Shown: positions 57,301-64,000 of the stretch, one piece after another
Position numbering within the stretch: the stretch's first letter is position 1
Layout of the letters: every line of letters begins with the position of its first letter
Assembly: GCA_964647545.1 (NCBI GenBank)
Contig: CAZYHS010000002.1
Location: 34,695-98,694, forward strand
Direction: 5' to 3'
From: an uncultured Pseudomonadota bacterium
GTDB taxonomy: Bacteria > UBA10199 > GCA-002796325 > 1-14-0-20-49-13
Length of the DNA stretch: 64,000 nucleotides
Program-made: the position numbers and the translations under genes
Notes under the pieces: model-generated
What the model saw: the letters and a program-made list of their open reading frames with translations, nothing else
Told to the model about the DNA's origin: nothing
Database searches by the model: none

Positions 57301-57845
57301 GGAGAATAAATGTCGATGATGCCGCCCCGAGTTGAAAATGCCCCTTCGTCCTCGACGAGCGGCTGATTTATATAGCCGGCCTCGACAAGCCATGCCGACA
57401 GCTCTTCGATGGATATTCTGTCATGCAGCCTGACGATGCGTTTGTGCTTTGAAAAGATAGATGGCGGCGGAAGCTTTCTGAGCACGGCGCCAAGCGGAGC
57501 GATGATCGCTATCGGCTCTTTCTGCCAAAGTTTGTGCAGCAGACGCAGTCTATCGACCCAGATGTCCGGCTGGCAGGTCAAATGCGTGTAGGGGAGAGCG
57601 TCGGGAGTTAAAAATTCGCAGACTTCCGCCTTAAGCCGGCCCGTCGTGAAGAATTCGAGGTCGGCTTTGATTGATGAAGCCGACTTTTCGTCTGGGGTGA
57701 CAACGACTATCGTTCTTCGCGGACTTGCCGACCATTCTGTTGCAAGTCTGTAAGCAAGAAAGCTGCGCACTTCTATCCTCGTTTGATTGGCGGCTAATAA
57801 CTGTTTGTTGTGCGCAATGTCAATATGTGTTATCTTGGCGCACAT
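54390..57845 (-). CDS. mfd: Transcription-repair coupling factor Mfd
   Basis: It has an UvrB-homology N-terminal region and a central RecG-like SF2 helicase (GDVGYGKTEVAMRAAF; DEEHHFGV). The C-terminal TRCF domain is present. The start was chosen at the internal Met (MCAKITHID) at 57845, and the longer ORF reaches 57926. Confidence 0.88.
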   Translation of the reverse strand: MCAKITHIDIAHNKQLLAANQTRIEVRSFLAYRLATEWSASPRRTIVVVTPDEKSASSIKADLEFFTTGRLKAEVCEFLTPDALPYTHLTCQPDIWVDRLRLLHKLWQKEPIAIIAPLGAVLRKLPPPSIFSKHKRIVRLHDRISIEELSAWLVEAGYINQPLVEDEGAFSTRGGIIDIYSPTLDRPVRCELDGDEITSIRTFDPSTQRSSFSISEFELIPARNIVLTEQSKELLNSRLKDRCDTHEIKASERREFAEGIANNFYGPATETLMPLFYNKCASLSDYLPEETLVYLDDEISLDSARKKLFDRLQSAREAAKHIEKIIAPDELFDDEILPALKKTTFEDLASGRKFQSITHRTLTSGLDAQTLEKRLSPADKPVAAAIKQIRAWQEMSMKIVVTCHTTTQAERVLDLLRWQGVASEIFEGSFSEVLTLGRSNVWVMLGEISGAFASLDDNIALLTDETIFGTKINRRAPVASALQTFTDFSELASGDLVIHKDHGIGRFLGLKNLDLGGTKNDFMLLQYLGEDKLYLPVWRINLISRYIGDPDHVSLDKLGGTRWSKTQQKVNSEIRTMALELLKIYAARKVKGGFAFSPPDHSFEEFEAAFPFDETPDQLRAIEETLKDMQKDTPADRLICGDVGYGKTEVAMRAAFKAVLDGKQVAVLVPTTVLAFQHYENFLTRFEKWPVRIEMLSRFRTASEQRHIVAELAKGQIDIIVGTHKLLGRDIKYSDLGLLVIDEEHHFGVAHKERIRKLKTQIDTITMTATPIPRTLHMSLAGLRDISIINTPPANRLAIRTFVAEFDETLIRGAIMGELARGGQVFFVHNRVETINRMAEMLAKIVPEARIVVGHGQMNEGELEDVMIRFLEKKANVLLCTTIIESGIDISSANTIIINRADRMGLAQLYQLRGRVGRSNVQAYAYLLKPKDEVVGVTAQKRLALLQRYTELGSGFQIAMHDLEIRGAGNLLGAQQSGHINAIGFEMYMELLERAIRQLQGQPEEVKTDAEISLPVEAFIPTSFVGDEGQRLVLYRRLAELENVEELDTMAAEITDRFGSIPPETINLLKVIEIKILARKLKVNSISYERGSIVVKFNQATHVNPQTVLSLVNKDPKNFAFRQPADLFFRHPDKNAKEILSATRSLLQKLF

Positions 57846-59070
57846 GGCAGACGAAAACAGCAGAAGAGGAATACAGCCGGTCGGTGTGGGAGATAAAAAA
57901 GCGGTCGATGACGTTGAGCACCGCATGCCCGATCAGGTCGAAGATGAACAGCCTCAGGGACAGGTTCAGAGAAGGTCCCAGCATGGCGAATATGAAACCG
58001 CCAGACCCAGAGGCCGAGAGAGTTTCAATATTTTTAAGGTCGCCGAGTCGGCGATGCAGAGCTTTAGATTGCCGGGGACGAGCCGACTGGTAGTCGATAA
58101 ACGCAAGTCGGCCGAAGAGGGGCGCGACAAGGCCAATAAGGCCGACGAGAAGCGGGCCGAAAAGCGCGCTGTGGCCGAAGGCGAGCTGGAAATAAAAGAG
58201 GGTAAGGCTCAGAAGACCCGAGAAAAGAGCTATGAAAATTATCTGGGAGAACGGCGTTCTCCGGTCAGACAGGAACAGCAAATTCAAAGAAGCGAAAGGC
58301 CTCTCTCTAATTTTGAAAAACTCGTCATAGAGCGATTTGAAAATTCCCAAGAGCTTGAGCAGGCGCTAAAGGGCGAGAACGCCAAGTTCGCCGAAAAAAC
58401 CCCCGAACAATGGCGGGAATTCTTCTCAAAATTCGAGGGCCGGACACAGTTTAAAAAGACAGACCTTGCCGAGATATCCGAGTTTTTGTTTCGTGGCGTT
58501 GTAAAAAAGGGGGATTCCGGCAAGGCCGTAATGATAACCGATATAATTTTGAAAAGCGGGGTCGCCGAAAAATTCGCACGCATCGGGCTTCTTTATCAGA
58601 AGATCGCCGAATTTGTTTCGAAGCTCGTGCCGGGCGACCAAATAACGAAACAGCAGCTTGCCGACGCATTGTTCGCCGAACAGCTTGCCTACCTAGCGTT
58701 AAATCCCCCTTCAACCGAAGCGGAGCTCGCGGCCGCGGCGCGCGAAAAAATGGGGATATTCGCCAGAGAATCGACCGAAGCTTGGATTTCAAGCGAACTT
58801 GGAATTAACGCGGCCAAAAAAGAAGAGGCCGAACAGCGCGCTCAGTCTGCCCGTAAAGGTCGCAGGAAAAAGAGCGGATTCTTCGGAGGCCTTTTTAGCG
58901 GCGAGGACGATCTTGTGGAAAGCGGCGGGCAGGGGGTTGGCTGGTGGAGCTGGGGGCGTCTTGACCGCGCGAGAAAGTCCGGTGTGAAAAAAGCGGTCTA
59001 TTCGTTCGTTTTGATAATTTTCGTTCTGCTTTGCCTCTTCCTTATCGACAGATTCCTCGTGGGCAAATGA
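57844..59070 (+). CDS. Hypothetical tail-anchored membrane protein with a long charged/low-complexity cytoplasmic N-region and a single C-terminal TM
   Basis: The + frame is uninterrupted for over 1.2 kb and has purine-rich first and GC-rich third codon positions. The C-terminal TM is VYSFVLIIFVLLCLFLI. The start is uncertain, and a competing antisense ORF is listed under rejected. Confidence 0.5.
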   Translation: MADENSRRGIQPVGVGDKKAVDDVEHRMPDQVEDEQPQGQVQRRSQHGEYETARPRGRESFNIFKVAESAMQSFRLPGTSRLVVDKRKSAEEGRDKANKADEKRAEKRAVAEGELEIKEGKAQKTREKSYENYLGERRSPVRQEQQIQRSERPLSNFEKLVIERFENSQELEQALKGENAKFAEKTPEQWREFFSKFEGRTQFKKTDLAEISEFLFRGVVKKGDSGKAVMITDIILKSGVAEKFARIGLLYQKIAEFVSKLVPGDQITKQQLADALFAEQLAYLALNPPSTEAELAAAAREKMGIFARESTEAWISSELGINAAKKEEAEQRAQSARKGRRKKSGFFGGLFSGEDDLVESGGQGVGWWSWGRLDRARKSGVKKAVYSFVLIIFVLLCLFLIDRFLVGK

Positions 59071-59131
59071 GAGACGATTTGCGGCAATAAATTCTTTCGC
59101 GACGTTCAAAAGATGTGTTATAAAACCGCCC

Positions 59132-59890
59132 ATGTTATTAATTCCAGTCATGTATTTGAGAGGCGGAATGGTTCTCAAACCGGCCGGCTCGGGCGGGCCG
59201 TCGGTAAAAACCGATCCGCTTGAGCTTGCGCGCGATTGGTTCAACGCCGGCTGCGAGCTGATTCATATCGTCGATCTCGACGTCCCCGCCAGCGGTCATT
59301 CTCCAAATAGCGATCTTCTTGTCCGCATGTCGGGCGAATTGAAGCTTGGATTTCAAATAGAAGCCAATATCCGTTCGGTCGATACGGCTCAGAGCTATTT
59401 CGGCGCCGGCGCTGTTCGCCTCTTGCTCGGTTCGATCGCCTATCAGAAGCCGGCATTTTTGGCCGAGCTTTGCCGTGCTTTCCCCGGAAAGATCGCGACG
59501 CAAATCGACGTCAGGCGCGGCAAGGTGCAGATAAAGGGCTACGCGGTCGCCGCCAATAAGACCGCTCTCGATTATGTCGAGCAGTTCAAAGAGGCGGGGG
59601 TCACGACCGTCTTTTATTCCGATAGCGAGGAAGAGGGAGTTTTAAAACCGGCCGACTTCGGAAGAATTCGCGAATTTTTGCGCAAGGCGCTCATTAAAAC
59701 CATCCACACCACAGACGTGGCCACAGGCTACGACATCGAAAAGCTTATCATGCTGGAGTCTTACGGATTGCTTGGCACAATGCTATGCCGCTCGTTGTAT
59801 GAAGGCCGAGTAAACCTCGAAAGCGCGATAACTCTCGTGAAGGAAAAGAGCGAAGGGCATTTCGACGAACCCACCTACACAGACAGATGA
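59132..59890 (+). CDS. HisA/HisF-family (beta/alpha)8-barrel protein, divergent paralog
   Basis: It aligns with HisA over its full length (LLIPVMYLRGG ... IHIVDLD ... QIDVRRGKVQIKGY). The N-terminal catalytic Asp position (IPAIDL in HisA) is Tyr here (IPVMYL). There are no other his genes nearby. Confidence 0.65.
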   Translation: MLLIPVMYLRGGMVLKPAGSGGPSVKTDPLELARDWFNAGCELIHIVDLDVPASGHSPNSDLLVRMSGELKLGFQIEANIRSVDTAQSYFGAGAVRLLLGSIAYQKPAFLAELCRAFPGKIATQIDVRRGKVQIKGYAVAANKTALDYVEQFKEAGVTTVFYSDSEEEGVLKPADFGRIREFLRKALIKTIHTTDVATGYDIEKLIMLESYGLLGTMLCRSLYEGRVNLESAITLVKEKSEGHFDEPTYTDR

Positions 59891-60255
59891 CCGACAACGT
59901 TTGGGAGGACCCAAAAATGGATTGCATCTTTTGTAAAATTGCAAACGGCGAAATCAAGACCGATTTTGTCTATGAGGACGATACGGTGGTGGCTTTTAAC
60001 GATCTGCATCCGGCTGCTCCGACGCACATTCTTTTCGTGCCGAAAAAACATTACGCAACTTTCAACGATGTTCCCGATGACGACAGCATCATGTCAGAAA
60101 TCGAGCGTGCCATCAGAAATGTCGCAAAAAAGCTCGGGCTTTTGGAACGCGGCTATCGAGTTGTGACCAATGTTAACCGCGAGGGGGGACAAGTTGTCTA
60201 TCATCTTCACGTCCACATGCTCGGCGGACGCGCACTTGAAGACAAAATGGGTTAA
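59887..60255 (+). CDS. HIT-family (histidine triad) nucleotide hydrolase
   Basis: The motifs are CIFCKIANGEI and HxHxHxx (HLHVHMLGG). An alternative start MDCIFCKI lies at 59917. Confidence 0.85.
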   Translation: MTDNVWEDPKMDCIFCKIANGEIKTDFVYEDDTVVAFNDLHPAAPTHILFVPKKHYATFNDVPDDDSIMSEIERAIRNVAKKLGLLERGYRVVTNVNREGGQVVYHLHVHMLGGRALEDKMG

Positions 60256-60258
60256 ATT

Positions 60259-61821
60259 ATGGAACCAATAATTTGCATCGATCCGGCGACGCTTGAGGAA
60301 ATCGGAAGGGTGGAGCCTTGCGGTGAACAGAAGGTGAAAGAGCTGGTTTCGAAGGCCAGAGCGTCGCATCCGGTTTGGAACAGAATTTCCATGAACGAAC
60401 GGGCCGCGGCGATACTTCGGGCGAGGCGTTATCTGCTTGAAAATATCGACGACTTTGCAATGACAATTACGCGCGACAACGGCAAGCCGCTTGTCGAATC
60501 TATGTCGGCCGAAATTCTGCCGGTAGCCGATCTTTTGCGCTGGGTCGCGACCGACGGAAAGAAAATACTAAGCGAGCGGCCTCTCGATATCGGCGTTTTC
60601 AAAATGCTTTTGCGCAGCTCTTCCATAAGATTTCAGCCGCTTGGAGTCGTGGCGGTGATCAGCCCGTGGAACTATCCATTTTCCATTCCGGTCGGCGCTA
60701 TCGCGATGGCGCTTCTTGCCGGAAATTGCGTGGTTTTCAAGCCGAGCTCGGCAACGGCGCTGGTCGGCAAAAAGATCGAAGAGATGTTTAGCGCGGCAGG
60801 ATTACCCGAGTTCGTTTTTACTCATGTCGCCGGCGGAGCCGCCACAGGCGAGGCTCTTCTCAATTCAAGGATCGACAAGGTTATTTTTACCGGCTCGGTC
60901 GGGATCGGCCGGCATGTCGGAGAGGTCTGCAGCAGAAATCTTGTCCCCAGCGTGCTTGAGCTTGGAGGCAAAGATGCGGCGATAATAATGAGGGACGCCG
61001 ATCTTGACGTTGCATCGTCGGCGGTTGTCTGGGGCGCCTTCACAAACAACGGTCAATGTTGCGCGTCGGTAGAACGCTGCTATGTCGATTCGTCGGTGTT
61101 CGAGAGATTCACAAAGCTTGTGGTGGAAAAGACAAAGCGTCTGCGCATCGGTGTCGGAACGAACCCGTCAACCGACATCGGCCCTATGACCACCGAAGCC
61201 CAATTAAACGTCGTTGCCGCGCAGGTCGAAGATGCAAGAAGACGCGGTGCCCAGATACTTTGCGGCGGAAGGCGTCCCGAAAAACTTTGGGACGGAAGTG
61301 TGGCGGCGGGCTGGTACTATGAACCGACGGTTCTTGTCGGAGTTGACCATTCTTTCGAGTGCGTTGCCGAGGAGACCTTCGGTCCGCTGCTTCCTGTCAT
61401 GCCGTTCGAGGACGAACAGCAAGCTGTCCGCCTTGCCAACGACAGCCAATACGGGCTGAATGCGTATGTTTTTGGCGGTGATCTTAAGAGCGCAAAGAGA
61501 GTTGCGCATCAGCTCAGGGCCGGAACTGTCGCGATCAACGAGTGTGTTTACACTCATGCGATTCCATCGACCCCTTGGGGCGGAGTTTGTCATTCTGGCT
61601 GGGGGCGAGCTCACGGCGAGTTTGGATTTATGGAGATGGTGAACGTGCATCATATTCATGTGAACAGATTGCGCATGATAAAAGATTTCTGGTGGTATCC
61701 ATATTCCGGAAAACTGTACGGCATTTTAAAACGTCTATCTCGCACGCTGACGTTGGGTTTTGCCGGACTTCCGCGAGCCTTGCCCGACCTTATGCGGGGA
61801 TTTTTACGTAAAAAAATATAA
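60259..61821 (+). CDS. NAD(P)-dependent aldehyde dehydrogenase family protein
   Basis: The catalytic Cys region is FTNNGQCCASVERCYV. The Glu region ELGGKDAAII and the NAD-binding motif GSVGIGRHVG are present. Confidence 0.85.
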   Translation: MEPIICIDPATLEEIGRVEPCGEQKVKELVSKARASHPVWNRISMNERAAAILRARRYLLENIDDFAMTITRDNGKPLVESMSAEILPVADLLRWVATDGKKILSERPLDIGVFKMLLRSSSIRFQPLGVVAVISPWNYPFSIPVGAIAMALLAGNCVVFKPSSATALVGKKIEEMFSAAGLPEFVFTHVAGGAATGEALLNSRIDKVIFTGSVGIGRHVGEVCSRNLVPSVLELGGKDAAIIMRDADLDVASSAVVWGAFTNNGQCCASVERCYVDSSVFERFTKLVVEKTKRLRIGVGTNPSTDIGPMTTEAQLNVVAAQVEDARRRGAQILCGGRRPEKLWDGSVAAGWYYEPTVLVGVDHSFECVAEETFGPLLPVMPFEDEQQAVRLANDSQYGLNAYVFGGDLKSAKRVAHQLRAGTVAINECVYTHAIPSTPWGGVCHSGWGRAHGEFGFMEMVNVHHIHVNRLRMIKDFWWYPYSGKLYGILKRLSRTLTLGFAGLPRALPDLMRGFLRKKI

Positions 61822-61893
61822 CTACAGGTTTAACGTTGTTTAAGATTGTTTAGGTGGTTTAAGCTCGTTTAAATCGCTTAAATCGTTTAAGAG
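61822..61893. repeat. Tandem array of about seven ~10-bp GTTTAAnnnn units filling the intergenic gap between convergent genes
   Basis: The units are gtttaacgtt / gtttaagatt / gtttaggtg / gtttaagctc / gtttaaatcgc / ttaaatc / gtttaagagg. Confidence 0.7.
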
Positions 61894-61895
61894 GC

Positions 61896-63152
61896 TCAGG
61901 CGAGGTTGCGTGTGATTTCTGCGCCGAGCCCGATCAATTTCTCTTCGATTTTTTCGTAGCCTCTATCTAGGTGATAGATCCTTTGAATTTCGGTTGTCCC
62001 TTCGGCTGCAAGCCCGGCTAAAACCAGCGATGCGCTGGCGCGTAGATCGGTCGCCATGACAGGAGCACCGTGAAGCTTTTCGACGCCTCTAATGATCGCA
62101 GCCTTTCCTTCGACCTTGATATCGGCGCCCAGCCGTAGCAGCTCCTGCACGTGCATGAATCTGTTCTCAAAAATATTTTCGGTAACTATCGACGACCCTT
62201 CCGCTAGGGTCAGGCACGCCATTGTTTGAGCCTGAAGATCGGTCGCAAATCCCGGATAGGGGGCTGTCGGAACATCGACCGCTTTAAGTCGTCCGCGACC
62301 TTTGACTCTGAAACTCTTTGGGTCGAGTTCCTCAATTTCGCATCCGGCCTCTCTCAACTTTTGCAGCAGCGCTTCAACGTGAGTTACGTTTGCGTTTGTG
62401 ACGGTTACGTCGCCGCGCGTTATCGCCGCTGCGCAAGCGAACGTCCCCGCTTCAATTCTGTCGGGAATTATTTCGTGTGTTGCGCTGCGCAGTTCTTTTA
62501 CCCCTTCGATGACGATACGGTCTGAGCCGGCGCCGGAAATGCGAGCCCCCATGGCCGTCAGATAGTCGGCGAGGTTTAGCACTTCGGGCTCCTTTGCCGC
62601 GTTTTCAATTATCGTCGTTCCGTCGGCGAGCACGGCTGCCATAATGATATTTTCGGTGCCGGTGACCGTTACGTTGTCAAAGCGGATATTTGCGCCCCGA
62701 AGTTTTTTTGTGCGTCCGGTTATGTAGCCTTCGTCGAGTTTGAAATCGACCCCCATCGCCTCAAGGGCTTTGACGTGGAGATCTAGCGGCCTTGCGCCGA
62801 TCGCGCATCCGCCGGGGAGTGAGACCTTTGCATGCCCGAACCTTGCAATCATAGGCCCGAGAACGAGGCTCGATGCGCGCATTGTTTTTACGATGTCGTA
62901 CGGAGCCTCCGAGCAGTATCTGCCGGCGTGATGCAGAGTATAGACCCCGTCTGTTTCGCTCGCTTCGATCCCGATGTGGCACAAAAGTTTCGCCATGGTT
63001 TTAATGTCGGCGACGTGCGGCACGTTTTTAAGAACGTGGGTCCCCTCGGCAAGTATGCTTGCGGCCATGCATGGAAGGGCGGCGTTCTTCGCGCCGCTGA
63101 TCTTGACGGATCCCTTAAGATGCCGTCCGCCTTTAATGATGAGTTTATCCAT
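61896..63152 (-). CDS. murA: UDP-N-acetylglucosamine 1-carboxyvinyltransferase
   Basis: The start MDKLIIKGG has an RBS ggagaaaat. The motifs KISGAKNAALP and active-site Cys LPGGCAIGARP are present. Confidence 0.9.
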   Translation of the reverse strand: MDKLIIKGGRHLKGSVKISGAKNAALPCMAASILAEGTHVLKNVPHVADIKTMAKLLCHIGIEASETDGVYTLHHAGRYCSEAPYDIVKTMRASSLVLGPMIARFGHAKVSLPGGCAIGARPLDLHVKALEAMGVDFKLDEGYITGRTKKLRGANIRFDNVTVTGTENIIMAAVLADGTTIIENAAKEPEVLNLADYLTAMGARISGAGSDRIVIEGVKELRSATHEIIPDRIEAGTFACAAAITRGDVTVTNANVTHVEALLQKLREAGCEIEELDPKSFRVKGRGRLKAVDVPTAPYPGFATDLQAQTMACLTLAEGSSIVTENIFENRFMHVQELLRLGADIKVEGKAAIIRGVEKLHGAPVMATDLRASASLVLAGLAAEGTTEIQRIYHLDRGYEKIEEKLIGLGAEITRNLA

Positions 63153-63153
63153 T

Positions 63154-64000
63154 TTATTTTCTCCTCGAGGCGAAAACAAATCTATCCACACCGCTCAAAT
63201 CTTTTAAAACGCCGGCATTTTCAAAACATGCGCCTGCAGAAAGCAGCTCCTTCACCTTTTGTGCCTGATTTTCACCGAGTTCAATGAAGAGCGAACCCCC
63301 TTTAGACAGATATCCCGGCGAAATTTTACATATCTTTGTGACGATGTCGAGCCCGTCCTCTCCGCCGTCCAGCGCAAGGTGCGGCTCGAAATTCTTTATC
63401 TCTTCCTGAAGGGTTGCGATCTCATTTTTAGGAACGTAAGGGGGGTTGGTGACAATGAGATCGAACTTTTCACCTGATGTCAGAGCGCTAAAAAGGTCGC
63501 TCTTTAAAATTTTAGCCCGTTCATTTAATGACGCTGTGTTGGCCGACGCCATTCTGACCGCGGCTTCCGAAATGTCGGCGCCGATAAAAACGGCGTCGGG
63601 GAGATGTTGCGCTAGTGCGGCAATTATCGCGCCGCTCCCCGTGCAAAGGTCGAGAATTCTTGCGCCGGAAGGTTTATTTTCCCTGATGTGCTTGAGAGCG
63701 AAATCGACGAGCATTTCTGTTTCGGGGCGCGGGATCAAAACTCCTTGCGCCACGCATATTTTAGCGCCGTAAAAATCGACGTTCCCCAAAATGTACTGGA
63801 GCGGTTCGCGTCTGCTTCTTCGTTGAACCAGCTCTTTGAACTTCGCCAGTTCGGCCGCGCTAAGCGGCATTTCAAATTTCAAATAGAGGTCGATGCGTTT
63901 GAGCGAAAGCAGATGCCCCAGCAGCAGTTCTGCGTCGAGACGCGGGTTGGGGACGCCGTGTCGCGTGAAATATTCCGTCGTCCATTCGATGAGTTTTAAA
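63154..64000 (-). CDS. prmC: Release factor glutamine N5-methyltransferase PrmC (HemK), N-terminus beyond the window end
   Basis: It has the NPPYVP motif and the SAM-binding motif ILDLCTGSGAI. The reading frame stays open upstream of the ORF-track TTG start through to base 64000 (LKLIEWTTEYFTRHGVPNPRLDAELLLGHLL...), which is the typical PrmC N-terminus. Confidence 0.85.
   Translation of the reverse strand, partial: LKLIEWTTEYFTRHGVPNPRLDAELLLGHLLSLKRIDLYLKFEMPLSAAELAKFKELVQRRSRREPLQYILGNVDFYGAKICVAQGVLIPRPETEMLVDFALKHIRENKPSGARILDLCTGSGAIIAALAQHLPDAVFIGADISEAAVRMASANTASLNERAKILKSDLFSALTSGEKFDLIVTNPPYVPKNEIATLQEEIKNFEPHLALDGGEDGLDIVTKICKISPGYLSKGGSLFIELGENQAQKVKELLSAGACFENAGVLKDLSGVDRFVFASRRK

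Noticed and set aside
57820-58350. 176-aa Leu/Phe-rich TM-like ORF on the minus strand, upstream of mfd
   Set aside because: It mirrors a Lys/Glu-rich stretch of the + strand ORF. The + frame has the coding-like purine-rich first and GC-rich third codon positions and continues for 1.2 kb to a convincing C-terminal domain. I kept it as an alternative in the findings because the call is not certain.
61822-61893. Possible CRISPR array
   Set aside because: The repeat unit is only about 10 bp, with no unique spacers and no cas genes. It is a simple tandem array.

Overview
Reading both strands, this 64 kb window looks like an ordinary chromosomal segment, probably from a delta-proteobacterium-like (Myxococcota/Bdellovibrionota-type) genome. 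G+C is moderately high, mid-50s % by eye. Density is about one gene per kb and most genes are housekeeping. In map order the window carries the complete PrkA-YeaH-SpoVR stress module; an HD-GYP response regulator; a tandem M16 zinc peptidase; an orphan 2-hydroxyacyl-CoA-dehydratase-like pair with a fused activase; a short Ogt; an MFS transporter; acylphosphatase; a secreted/envelope cluster (Ig/BNR lipoprotein, S8 subtilisin, lytic transglycosylase); dGTPase; alpha2-type GlyRS; pyruvate phosphate dikinase; SMC; tRNA-Ala(GGC); formimidoyltransferase-cyclodeaminase; RlmN; MTA phosphorylase; RecO; the glycine cleavage operon gcvT-H-PA-PB with folD and mfd; a HisA-like paralog; HIT; aldehyde dehydrogenase; MurA; and partial PrmC. 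I found no CRISPR array, IS element, integrase or rRNA. The parts that ordinary gene calls do not explain are: (1) a dispersed family of intergenic repeats built from GTTAAC / CGGTTAG / GTTTAA-like units at five or more loci, including a perfect decamer array; (2) a 140-nt multi-hairpin element closed by a 26-bp stem upstream of the short ogt; (3) a one-gene low-GC island (17.65-19.2 kb) carrying an orphan protein with a beta-barrel-like C-terminus; (4) a G8 homopolymer tract that splits an ~850-aa repetitive lipoprotein gene into two ORFs, which is either phase variation or a frameshift error; (5) an S8 protease with an exosortase/MYXO-CTERM-like C-terminal tail; (6) an orphan radical dehydratase/activase pair; and (7) a HisA-like protein with Tyr at the catalytic Asp position. 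None of these can be called a defined new system from sequence alone.
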